From NCBI RefSeq assembly GCF_009834535.1, contig NC_045698.1, forward strand, positions 15,626,001 to 15,690,000: 64,000 bases of DNA. The letters run 5' to 3'. The notes beneath the pieces are model-generated. The model was not told where the DNA came from. It ran no database searches and worked only from the letters and a program-made list of their open reading frames with translations. Positions 13,781 through 26,560 of this stretch are shown piece by piece; position 1 is the stretch's first letter, and each line of letters starts with the position of its first letter. Origin of the DNA: Camelus ferus (lineage: Eukaryota). A program made the position numbers and the translations under genes.

Positions 13781-14079
13781 GGAAAGTATAATAAAACCTG
13801 ACAGCTGTCACAGAGACATGGATGACCTTCCCTGAATACAGACCCACCTAGGGACAGGCCCTCCCACTGCCCGACTCATGGTACTATTGGAACTAACTGA
13901 GCTTGTTACATAAGATGCACTAATAAATAAGAGACACAATTACTATTTTGCTTTACTACGATAGTGAATTTTAAGAGAAACTCACCTAGATTCCAAGTAA
14001 TCTTTTTAAAAAAAGTTCCTGAGTTGCTATTTTTAATGAAATGCAATATTTTTATTCTATAAATAATTATAGAATATCA

Positions 14080-14080
<1 letters not shown>

Positions 14081-14124
<44 letters not shown>
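14081..14124. repeat. (TA)n microsatellite
   Basis: Direct inspection. Confidence 0.95.
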
Positions 14125-14128
<4 letters not shown>

Positions 14129-17100
14129 CTGCACGCATATATATATTTAGTGCACATAAAGAGTACAATTGGGAAGACATAGATGGTTCTATGTTAGCTT
14201 TTTGGTTGTGACTGTTAAATAGACCAAACCAATATGGATCAGACACAGGGAGTTTCATCCTGGCTAATTTACTCCAATTACAAAAGCAGTGACCTTGGTT
14301 CCCTGACATCACTTCTCTAAGTGTAGTTTTTGTCATCTCTGTGATTAAAAATACACATATGACAAGATATAAATGATTAAAATAAAAGAGCTTCTAATCT
14401 TGCCTTTCCACTACCCTATAAAAGTGATTCTGGCTTAGATTCCTCCCTCAATCCTTAAATTTACCTCTAAGTAGAAAACCATTTATTGGATATTTGTGAT
14501 CAGACCAAAAAAAAAAAAGAAAAAAAAAAAAAGAAGTGAGAGAGTATGGGGAAGAGAACCAGAACTGGAAAACACTTTCCAGAGATCGGGAAGAGTGTAG
14601 TTTGAAAAGCAACCCTTTAAGGGAAGCACATAGATGTTATGAGAGAGAAACAAGTAAGACTTTAAAGAACCACTATTTGGGGATTATGTGTTCCATTCAT
14701 ATGTCCAAGAACTGAAAATAAAGGATTCAAATATTTTGAAATTTATCTTATAGCATGGAATGCTTTCTTTTCACTGCAATTCTGCTCTGGGATTTAAACA
14801 TGTGAGTCCCAGCTTCACACATTTTACAATCCCTTGGTTAACAGTCTTGGGAGGAGTAAAGGAAGTGATGAGAGAAAAGTCTTCAGCACTTGGCCCTGCA
14901 CAAAGCGCAAGTAAAAGAAAAAAAAAATCAACAATGCAATCTATTAAATTTTATTTTTCTTTGATATTTTTCATCTCCTATAACCTTGTTTGACGTATAT
15001 TTCTGCTACATTGATCCCACATAACCTCACCGTAATAAAGGGATAAGAGTTGTTGCTGTTTTATTTTACAATTCATTGGTTTCACTTCAATGAGCATAAC
15101 TGGCAAATTAAAACTATGTGTGATTATCTTCTTCTTTCAGCCAGTGTCTGTAAATATTTTCTTGGGACTCGTTCACCTATGACAGCCCAGCCAGCCTCCC
15201 TCTAATCTCTCTCCTATTCACGAAGCCACAGAACCAGTTGTATGGAAGCACAGACGTGAAATTTAATTTCAACAGTTTTGTGCACACACACTGAGGCGTC
15301 TTGTTTGGCTTGTCCATCTCACCCCTTTCCTATCTAATGAGATAAAGAAAATAACAAATTTCACTCATTTTGTTTTGATTTGCAAGATTTGATTTTCCCT
15401 CACAATCAATAAATTATATTGAAAATTTGTTTTGACAACTGGTATATACATTTGTTGTTTTCCACGTAATTTTCCTTGTCAAGCTTTATGAAGTCTCTTC
15501 CTCAGTTAAAATAAACATTTGTTACATCTGTTAAATTTATCTTAAAGTTTGTTAGACCATGGGAATTCATTTTTAAATATTTTATCACGAAAGCAGGCAA
15601 AAAATAACACCAAATAAACAGCATATGTTCCAACCAAGGGATTATTCAGAGCAAAATTCAGAACCTCTTAGGAATATGCCATTGCATATTTTGCCATTTA
15701 GAATTTATGTAGCAAGAATGTCTTGCACTTATATTTTAAAATAGACACTTGAAGGTATTCTTATCTCTAATGCATTTATTTATTTAATGATTATATTTTT
15801 TAGTATTTTTTTCATTAAGAAATCTGAGAATCTCTCTTATTAAAAAAAAAATCATCCCTGATAAATGATGGAGAATGCCTGAAGTATCACTCTGATTTGT
15901 CCAGAAATATTTGGAGTGGCGCCTCGTAAGTCTTACTGTGCTCCAAAGCTCATTTCCACTGAAACATAAACTCCCTTGTACGCTCTTTACCCGATAATTG
16001 AGTAATTGCAATGTCCTTCTTCAGGGACTGAATTAACATATGTCTTAAGTTATAGCCCATTCAACATCATCTCTTTATCTCCTTGAAAGTGACATCATGA
16101 GAATGAATAATATGTGTGACGCTCCATGCCTTCCCAGAGCTTGCCTCCAAACAGCCTGGCCTCATTTGGGAGCTTATTTTACTCTCTGTTAACATGCTTC
16201 ATATGCCAGAAAGCATGTCAAACACTGTCAGATGCTCTCCCGGCTCTGCAGGCACTCCTTCCTCCCCTGCTACTATTCTGGCTTCTCAGTTAGGGAGACA
16301 TTTTTGGACCCCAGCTCCCCGATTTTACGAGCTACCTGTGATAATTGAATGGACTTCTCTATGACTCTATTTTCTTACCCTTAATAATGCAGAAATCAAT
16401 AGTCTTTCCCTTTTGGACGTGCTGAGAGAATTAATGAAATAATTTCTAAGTACTCTCTCCCCACATAGAAATCAGAAAATATGCCTTGATGGGCATAATT
16501 ATTGCTAATATTTTCTCTCACCTCTTAACATTTATTGTATCATCCCATCTCTCAGGAGTTTTCAAATGCCTCCCATTTTTATCATTCCTAAGCCTTGTAC
16601 CCAAGCCATGGTTTTTTATGCGTAAATGCTTATCTCTTTAACAGCAAAGGTTTTATTTTATAATCAGTAAGAATAATCTTCCACTGTTATTGAAATTTAC
16701 CTTGTATTATATCTCATATCTCAGAAGCAGAAGATGTTTTCAAGATATCAGGATAATCAAATTGGGCTAGGACCTGAAGGACCTAGACTTTTTATTTTTT
16801 TTCCTTTTGTTAGTTCTTGTCCTTTACTTGATTGTGTTTTTTATTACAATGTAGTTTTTGCTATCCCTTCTGGCCAAGGAAACGTTTTTGTCTTCTTTTG
16901 CACTTTACCTCTGAACTGTACTGTATAATAAAGGTCTCTTGCTAAACACTAGAAATTCCACTCTTTCAAGTAATTGTTCTTAGAAACACCATCTCCATCC
17001 CATTATCTCCTCTTCCAACTTCTTAACCTACTCAAATTCTATAAAAAATTAAAAATAATTCCTAGAGCTGGAGGAACCAATTAGTTTATAGCTAAATTAT

Positions 17101-19633
17101 CTCCCACCATAATGTTAGTAGGTATCTGGTGGAGTTTTGGTTTGTATATATTTGATCCTGGAAAAATTTCAATTAGATACTTTCTAGTAAGTTTCTGTCC
17201 TCTAAGAGGAAGATTAGAATGTACCCTTGGACCAAACTTTTTCTTAGTTCTGGAAAAAATGAACAGAATGACATACTTTATTTATGTAAATATAAAGTAC
17301 AGCACCTCACCACTGGTGTGAGGGAAGTTCTCTAAGAAGACATTTTGGTTTGGCAAGGGTTTGTCCAAATCTTAGCTAATACTGATTGTTAAAATAAGAT
17401 TGAACTTTTCTTCTATGTACCCATTTTATCTGAAAATTTATAAAAGAGCAGAATAATTTTCTGATAGTAATATGAAAGCTGTTAATGTAATTAAGTATGT
17501 TCAATGTATGTAGAGTCCCCATTTGGGGTCATATGATCAGAAGAATAACAAGGGAAAAGTCACCATAATGATCAGGACAATTCTGTGTCAAAACCAAGAA
17601 TAGGCCAGGGGAAAGTAGCATTATTTTAGGTTTAGAATGCAGCTGATTCTGGAAGCTCTTCCAGTCAACTGCAAAGGGCATGCCCAGGGCAAAGTTGCTG
17701 CATGCATGTGTGTAATGTAGTAGAGCCATAACAATGTGGACATAACCTCTGAGGCCCAGACAGCTTTCTAAATCATGTACACACCAAGGAAGCCATATAA
17801 TTTGTCATCCAAAAGAAACACTTTTGAAAGTAAAAATGAGTGCTATTAACAATTTTACCCTGACATCAGGTGTAACCCTATACCCAACTGGATTCTTAGA
17901 GGAAAATATTCATTTCTTTGCACCACAAAGAGCAACTCTAGCCTTAAATTCAGCAGAGACCTGCACTGCAAGGCCAGGTAGACCTGGAATGAAGACATTG
18001 TTTCAGTCTGTCCCTCACTCTCTGCAGAAGCAGCTGCAAGGGAAACTTTATTCATGACAGGTGCAAGCCACTTGGGATGGAACTAGACACCCCATCAATT
18101 GCTACATGGGCACTTGTGTTTTTAATAATCTCAGAATAGACAGTGAGAATAATCTGGTGGTGTAGATCTATGTTATTGATGCCTAGAACTTAAGGGAAGC
18201 ATATTGAAACTTATATTTTCATTCCTGCCAACATTCACTCTTCCTTTCTATCCAAATTCACATTTTACTCATTCTAAAATTCTCACAGTCCTTACCTACA
18301 TTTATATCCTCATCTATACCTTGTTTGTTCTTCTGAACTCTCACCCAGGAAGCTTAGTGTATGGAGAGCATAATTATTTCTGTGTAAGTAATTATTTTAC
18401 TTAATTGAACTGGAATATTTCCTTTTTAGTTATTTAATTAGTAACTTAATAGCCAATGTTGATCATTGTTTGATCTAAAAAAATTCATTCACTTATATGT
18501 ATTAATAAAGGTATCACCTTTGAAATATATGACTATACTTCAAAACTGACTGAATATAAAAATGAAATAATTGCTTCTTAAATATATTCAATGCTCCATA
18601 CACCAAACACCAAACTGAAGTTTTATATTTAATCAAAGAATGTATGTTGCCGAACAATCTAACCAGTGGAGGCAAAAATGAGAAATATGTTTGGCAAATT
18701 AATTAATGGATACATGTTTGCACATATGGATAAAAATAAATGTCACAAGTAACACTTTTAAATGTTGAATTTAAACAATGGCATTCTATACTAAACTCAA
18801 AACTACAACTATAGCTAATTCAAAGGAGGCAGATGTTATACACAACAAAGAAATGTTTAAACCAACCAAAAAAAAAAAAAAAGGAAAGAAGAGAAAACAG
18901 AGCCTGTTAAATACTTTTTAAATTATCTTCTCCACTATGGATATTAATGTTGATATCATCTTTAGTGCGCTGCAAATCTCTGTGGTCTTGATTTTATTTA
19001 TTTGTTCACATGAATATATTCTGTTTTAACTTGACTTTCCCCTTACATTGTTAACTCTGAATAAGCTCGTTTCATCTGTGCTTTGTGATGGGAATCTTCG
19101 GACTCCCAACAATGTAAGCTTAATGAATTCTGGTAATAATTTCCCCACTTACTGTGGCTATGTGTCCAAGATTATCTCATACTGTTGTTCTGGCCATTAG
19201 GATACACGTAGATAAGGGAACAAGAGCCTGGGACACAGGCGGGCTTGTGGTGCTGGGAGAGTCTTGGGGAACTAAGGGGTAATGGTGGGAACAGGAATGT
19301 GTCTATGCCCTACTCCATAGAATATGACAGATCCTTCCTATATGTTTCTCTGGTTCCAAGGTGAAAAGTGCATTCTGATTAACCTAGACACCTTTCTGTC
19401 AAGCACCAGTCCCCACTTTCCATGCAGAAATATTACGATTTCCACAGTGGGCAAAGACACAGTGCTGAGTGACGGTAGCACAGTAACACTGATGACACTT
19501 GGCTGAGGACCTGCATACACTGCCCCACGTGCAAATTAAGCCATCCACGCAACAGCCTTACTATTTTTTTTCTTTATCATCCCCACTCTATGGATGAGGT
19601 TACTCAAGACACAAAAGCGGGCAGGATTCTTTC

Positions 19634-19648
19634 ACTGCCCCCTGCTGG
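19634..19648 (-). promoter_or_regulatory. Candidate CTCF site
   Basis: Minus strand CCAGCAGGGGGCAGT matches CCASYAGRKGGCRSY at all 15 positions; occupancy unknown. Confidence 0.6.
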
Positions 19649-19794
19649 TTCTCTCCCAGGAGACCCATCTCTGAGAACCAGCCTGTGAATGAGAACCCTG
19701 AATCCTCAGGACAGTAACAGGACTGAGTGAGCAGTTCTGAGTGTCTCCACATAAAAGACGTACGTCTGTATAAAATTTTTGTTGTGTCAGGTGT

Positions 19795-20059
19795 AATTGT
19801 CTAAGTAATTTTTCTTTAAAGAGTCAGATAGGAAGCCAGACATTTTTTGTGAAGCCCAAGTCCCTCCTTTCTTTTTTTCTTTTAAGGTTTTGTGAGCTGT
19901 ATGGCTTCTGTCCCAAATACTCAAACTTGCTATCATGTGTGAAAGCAGCTATAGACAATACGTGGACAAATGAGCATGACTGTGTTCCAATAAAAGTTTA
20001 TTTACAAAATCAGGCAGCAGGCTGGATCTGGTCTGAAAGCCATAGTTTGCCAATTCTTG
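19795..20059. mobile_element. MER58A-like hAT-Charlie element
   Basis: tgtgttccaataaaagtttatttacaaaatcaggcagcaggctggatctgg...catagtttgccaattcttg. Confidence 0.85.
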
Positions 20060-20857
20060 ATCAAAGCTCATATTTGAAAGGTCCTTGTTAATGTTTAAGT
20101 TTTACTTGATTGCACAAAGTATTTCTCTAGAACTCCTTGACTTTGAAATAAAGGGCAGCATGAGCAGAGACAGCCATTAAACAGAGAATCACTTTCAAAG
20201 GTGCTTAGATACTTGTCACTATTAGGGGAAAAAAATGTGTGATTAAGATTCTTTAACAGAGTTTAGTATCAGAACTCTTCTTTCCTTCCAGGAAAACATA
20301 AAGCAATGGGATTAAAGAAGGGAGTGTATTTTGAGGAGCTTGTCAGTGCAGACACTGAGAATTAGGGACAGATTTCTTCAGGAATAACTGGACAGTAAAA
20401 TGACTGTCTTTCATCCTCTCCTCATTTCCACTACTCCAACCCCAAACCACGCAGATGGAGACTTGCTGTTTCTTGATCACAAGAGCCACATATCTACAAA
20501 CATTCTCTTAACTGGAAACATGTAAAGTGTTTGCACAAGCTTTCATGGAGTGATGATGAATGTCCAATTGTTTAAGGGCAGTGAGGAGGTCAAATACATC
20601 AGTCACTGCACTGTGTCCTCTAGGGAACCAAGGGATATGCAAACATTCACAATAAAGTGTGTCCCTTGAAGTAATTCTTTGATATTAGAAAACATGTGTA
20701 TGAATTTTTGGAAGTCTTTAATGGTACTATATAAAAGGAAGTCTAGTCCACCTTTGTTCATATATTTATACATATATTGACTGCTTTTTATGTTAGAATA
20801 GCTTCTACTTTCCTCCTAAATTTCCTCTATTTTTTTCTCTTAAAACCTTTCTAATCT

Positions 20858-20966
20858 AGGAAGAGAGAGAGAGAGAGAGAGAAAGAAAGGAAGAAAGAAA
20901 AAGAAAGAAAGAAAGAAGAGAGGGAGGGAGCAAAGGAGGGAGGAAAAAAGTAAAAGAAAGAAAGAA
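20858..20966. repeat. Polypurine (GA)n/(GAAA)n/(GGAG)n tract
   Basis: Direct inspection. Confidence 0.9.
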
Positions 20967-22389
20967 GTAATTATATTTATGTTTTTTGGTCTCAGTTTTA
21001 TTTTCAATGTAATTTTAAAGCTAGGTTTTAAATGGGTTAAGAAGTTCTGACTGTTTAAATGAAACAATATATCTTCAATTGTTTGACAATTATTAAACTA
21101 TTGCTAGTTGCCATGTGCTCCTTTGGCACTACATGAATGCGACTGTAGGCCTGAGAAAGCATTCAGTCTTCTAATTTGTAGACAAGTATGAAGTAAAGGA
21201 AGAATTTTAAAGGCATTTCCTGATCATGATCATTTAGTGGATAATAACAGTAATTTAAATATTTACCTATTTGATGCTTAAAATGTTTTCATTGAAGTGA
21301 AAAACTACTGGAAAATTGTGTTTTCAACTGTTTCTTGTTATCTGGCTTTATGTTCAAAGTATACTTCTCCTTGTGTTTTATTTTGTTTGTTTTTTAAAGC
21401 TGCAACACTGGTTCTTCACAAATGGCTTCAAAAGTTACTACTTGAAACGTATTTGCAACAGTAGCTGATGTGGCCAACACAACTGTGATTCCCTTTTGTC
21501 AATGCTACCAATTTATTGTTTAGTTTATCAGTCTGCTTAACAGAGGATTGTATTTAGAGCTTTTTATATATCATGGGAAAATATCACTGCCCTCCTTCAA
21601 TGCCCATCACTTTAAGAACATTTTGAATTACAGTCTTATATCCTTTACAATAGATGGCCTGAAAATATCATAAAATCCTACAAATATTTCCAAACTATCT
21701 CAGGTTATTCTAAAATTCAATATCACTGAATACTATGTAAAATAAAGATAAATCTAATTCTATATAAGCTCTTTACTCTTTACTACAATAAGTCATCGTT
21801 TATGGCAGAAAAAGTAATTTTAATCAAGGAGTGAGACTATCAGTATAATTATGAGGAGATTCTATTCCAAAAACTTATTTATACCCAGTGGCTGAAAGAT
21901 AAGTTATTTTCTATCATTAGATAAGAAAAATAAGTATGTGTATTAAAAAGGTTATACATATTGAAAAGATGACTAATTTGTGGAGACGAACTTCACTGAG
22001 GGCCAAAAGTAAACTTGGGACATTTCTTCATACATTCAATTTCACTCCTCCTTTATATTTAAAATTCTAAATCCAAAATTCAGAATGGAGGAGAACATGA
22101 TTTTTTTTTTAATGTTGCTTAAAAAGAGAGAGAGAAAACTATCATTTGACTACTGACAATGTGATTAAGTTAGCTGGCAGCAGAAGGTATTTAAATTGTT
22201 TCTAACTTTACAGAGTCACTACATTATGCGGTGTTGCTTTAGCGAGTCAACACACTGCATCACATTGAGAGAGAATTCTCCATCATCTCTTGTGTTCCTG
22301 CAGGTCTTAGCCAGAAAGCACTAAATGTTTTTTCTTTTTCTCAAGACTACACTTCTAAGAATTTTATATAGCAAACAACCTTGAAAAGT

Positions 22390-22717
22390 AGAGATCTACT
22401 GTCTTCTTCCAAAGCAAAGTGAAGGCATGCTTGTTATGTAGTTAGATAAAGATATGGTCTCCCTCCCAATCAAAGGACAGCAATTATCGGGGTTCCTCTC
22501 CTGTACTGCAACCCACTGCATGTGCTGGCATCCATCTGTGCCTATGCATTTCACCCTAGTGGTCCATGAGGCAGTGGGAGCTGACTCAGTTACACTGATG
22601 CTCACATTGCTTGCTGTGCTATGAGCGATAATGTCCCTTTACTCTGACCCAGGCATCTCACGTTTTCTTCCAACATTCACGAAACTATGGAAGCCTAACA
22701 GTTCCTGATCGTTGACA
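22390..22717 (+). mobile_element. MER68-like ERVL LTR
   Basis: ctgatgctcacattgcttgctgtgctatgag...ctctgacccagg; ends ttgaca. Homologous to 50770-51165. Confidence 0.7.
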
Positions 22718-24466
22718 TAAAACAACATAAAACCAACAGTATTCTTTAATGCTAAAACCAACAGTAATTCTTTAACAGTAATTCTTTCATGAGTATGCAT
22801 TAAAATCTAAAGTGGTTACAGTGATACATGCTATATAGGAGGAAGTCTCCTTTATGCCATCTCTCTAGGAAATTCCGGGAGTAGAAAATGCATGCTTTCA
22901 TAAGAGCAATTTCATAAATTATCTTTTCCCTCACAAACAATGAACCATATAATCAGTACCTCTGATGGCAGGGGTTTCACTGTCTTCAGAGTCAAGAAAG
23001 AGAAATGTTTCTCACTTAACTGTTCTGTATTTAAAGTATACCAGAAGAACCCATCTCTACTACAAGAGTAGGTTTGAGAGGCGATATTGTGGTATAGTTC
23101 ATAAATACAATGTTGTTAGAACATGAGAACATTAAATTTGAAATCATGATTATTCAGGTAACTCTGTACTTGCTATTTTTCTGTTACTTTTTAACCTGGG
23201 CAGCCTTTCCCAGGGTCCTTCTCTAGGCATCCCACTGGGTCCCATCTCTTATCACCTGGTATAATATGCAAGAGGGTGGTTGGGGTTCATTAGTGTTAGT
23301 CCTCAGAGAGCACTGTTTCCCAAATAATCCAACTGATGTTTAACTGAAGAGATTCTGGAAACACACACACACACAAACACACACACACAGAGTGTATTGC
23401 ACTGTGAAGTTTGTGACAAATGCATTTGGGTTATTTCTGGTAAAAATATAATCTGGGTATGCGATTTCCCATTATGTTCTTAGTCATGTGGATTCACACA
23501 CATGTGATAAGCACTTTCATGTGGATAATCACTAGAAGACCTTCCACTGAAACAAAGCCTTCTAACTCTTAGCTTTTCAGTAACTAGTCAGGCAAAGCCC
23601 TAAGTATACAGAGAAATGGTTAGAAGAAAAGGATGGATGGAAAGATAATTAGAGGTAGGGTAGAAAAACACTAGGAGGAGGGGGAGAGGAAAAGGAGGAA
23701 AGAAATGTTTGAAAAGTGCTCAAATCCGAATGCTTTGTTAGTTTTGAAATGTTCTTTTAATGATTCATATGTTGATTTAAAGATAGTTGCATTTCATTCA
23801 AGGTCCTGCCAATTCAATTCAAATAAACCCATTAAACCTTTATGGCACAGTTATTATGAAACAACCGCATGCTAGAAGCAAGAAATAGAGTGTAAAGGAG
23901 AGAGAAGAACTGGCTGGCTACGGACACCGACCACTTGACAAGAACTTTCCTGTACTGTGTTACTTATTTGTTCAAATTCCATTGTAGAAATTTTCCTTTC
24001 AGACATATTACTGTCTAATCATCCCCCAAAATGAATATTTCAAAGATAGCCTCACGTGCTGAGAGAAACGATAAAATTCAGGGATATGTTTAAGAACCAA
24101 GAGGTGCAATACAATATCAGGCTTACCTAATGATACCTCCTGGTGCTTTGCTACAGAAAGAACAGGTAGCTAAAGAGCCTTTGATTAGCAGCAAGGTCAG
24201 TCCATTTGGCAGGAGGATGGATCAGAAACAAGACCTTGTTTAGGGCACTAGAATGTACTACAAAGGTTCTCTGATACGTAAGTGAGATAGAAGTCAAGAG
24301 GATGTATAAGGTTTTAAATTTTGCATGAAGATTGAGCTAGTATTATGAACTTTAAATCTCAAATGAACAGGAATTTCTCTGATATTGAAAGCTGACACTT
24401 CAGGAGTAAACTGAACCATGAGAACTACATTATGGACTTCTGAAAAAGCTACGTGACTTACAAAGC

Positions 24467-24518
24467 AGATGGATAGATAGATGATAGATTAATAGACTGA
24501 TAGGTTGATAGACGATAG
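24467..24518. repeat. Degenerate (GATA)n microsatellite
   Basis: Direct inspection. Confidence 0.8.
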
Positions 24519-24810
24519 TGTGCATCTGTTAATCCCAAGCTCCCAATTTACCCCTCCCCTTCTCATTTCCCCTTAGGTAACCGTAAGTCTGTTTTCTATG
24601 TTGTGAGTCTGTTTCATGCTAAGTGAAGTAACTGAGACGGAGAAAGACAAATGTTATATGATATCACTTATGTGGAATCTAAAAAATAGTACAAATGAAT
24701 TTATTAACAAGACAGAAACAGACTCATAGAAAACAAACTTCTGATTATCCAAGAGGAAAGGGTGCGGGATGGAAAAATTGGGAGTATGGGATTAACAGAT
24801 ATGCACCTAT
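24518..24810. mobile_element. Two abutting L1 3'UTR fragments in opposite orientation
   Basis: 24518-24615 is on minus, 24616-24810 on plus; both align to the other L1 3'UTRs in the window. Confidence 0.85.
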
Positions 24811-24959
24811 ACTTCTGAGACGTCATTTACTGGCTGTACCATCCCTTTCTCCTTTCTTTACATTCTAGTGAAAACAAATAAAACCATTTTGACTAAATGG
24901 CTCTGGCTGTGGCTGACAAACTGACAAAATCAGTGCAGGATTTACAGTCATGGTTTAAT

Positions 24960-26280
24960 CTGACCTGCAGAGTTTGACATTATTTGTCATTTCTATTCTT
25001 AAAACACTCTTTCAGTGTATTTTCCGTAATGCTCTTTAATGCTTGTCTTTTACCTCTTATTAATTAGATCTGTCTAATTTTTCTTCACCTGCCTTGCAAT
25101 TGAAAGTCAAGGTTCTCATACCATCTTTGGAATTTTTCCCTAGCGTGTTACCCACTTCTGTGATTTTGAGTACCATCTGTGTGCTGATTAGTCCTAAGTG
25201 TGTATCTTTACCAAAGGCCTCTTCAGTGAACTCCAGATTACTGTATCTGAATAACTAGAAGACACTTCACCTGGGTACTTCTAGACAACTCTGGATATAT
25301 ATAATGTCTAGCAGTGATCCTTTTTTTTTCCCTTACTCTAGAACCAAACCTATACAAGATGCTAGTACAACAGAAGCCAGACATCTTCATTCTTTTTCAT
25401 TCCTTCTCCCTCTCCTTTTTTACATGGAATGATCCACTAATATTTTTGTTTCATCCTTTATGTTCCCTTGACCACTGGATCTTGAAATCTTCTATTATCT
25501 ATCTACCTTTCAAATGTCCAACCCTAAAATCCCATTTCCTGTATTACTTCCTAGACAAGCCTACTGTAAGCTTCTCCTATGTATTCTCCCTCTCTCCATG
25601 TCTGGTTTCCATCCTTTAGATGGCTCTCTGAGGTACCATCTTAGAACTGTAGTTCTGTCCATGTGAATCCTCAACTAAGACAATTTGTGGATCCTGACAC
25701 CTTTCAGAGCAAATAGTACTGTAATACAGCATGGTGACTATGGTTAATAATGGCATACCTGAAGGTCACTAAGAGAGTGAGTCTTAAAAGTCCTCATCAC
25801 TAGAGAAAAAGAACTTGTAACTCCATGTGGTGATAAATATTAATGACGTTTTGGGTGATCATGTCATAATGTTTACAAATACTGAATCATGTTGTACTCC
25901 TAAAACTGACATTCTGTGTCAATTATACTTCAGTTTAGAGTAATTGTAAATAACAAGTATTTCTGATCTTGGTGTCAGACTTGAGCCTCTGCACTTTCTG
26001 GATTTACCTACTCTAAAAAGGTGGTTTCACATTCTCTGACTATATTAAAATATGGTTATCTAGGCTCACCTTGAACTTTCAAGCTTCAGTGCTTATGAAA
26101 ACTTTCCCTCAGACTATCTTGTCTGAAAAAAAGTCATCCTTCAAGACTCATCTCAGGTGCTTCCTCGTCTGTGAAGCCTTTCTTGAATTCCTCCAACTTC
26201 TAGACATAGTCACAGACCTTCCTTTGTCCCTACAATCCTTAATAAGGTCTTTGTTATAGTACTTTTGACAGAGTGTTAAA
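24960..26280 (+). mobile_element. Fragmented L2 LINE interrupted by an L1 fragment
   Basis: L2 motifs tgaactccagatt, gacacttcacctggg, tcatccttcaagactcatctcagg, tctgtgaagcctttc. Confidence 0.6.
25718..25935 (+). mobile_element. L1MA9-like 3'UTR fragment
   Basis: tacagcatggtgactatggttaataat...ctaagagagtgagtcttaaaagtcctcatcac...tgtcaattatacttca. Confidence 0.8.
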
Positions 26281-26329
26281 ATTATTGTTAGCTCTTAAGA
26301 TGCATATAAGATGATAAAGTGTGATATTT

Positions 26330-26560
26330 TCTGGTGTAACAGAGCCAAACTATCTGGCTTAAAATCCTAGTTTCAGGATTCACTGGGTGTTGGGCTCCGA
26401 GAAGTTACTTAACTTCTATGTACCTCAGTTTTCTTATACATAAAGTGGGGCTACTAATAATCTTCCTCATAGAGATGCTGTGAAGATTACTTAGTTTATG
26501 TATGTTAAGCAATTAAAACAGCGCCCTAGGAGGCACTCAATAAAATGTACCTGTTATAAT
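26330..26560 (+). mobile_element. MIR SINE
   Basis: Core aagttacttaacttctatgtacctcagttttcttatacataaagtgggg; ends cactcaataaa. Confidence 0.85.
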
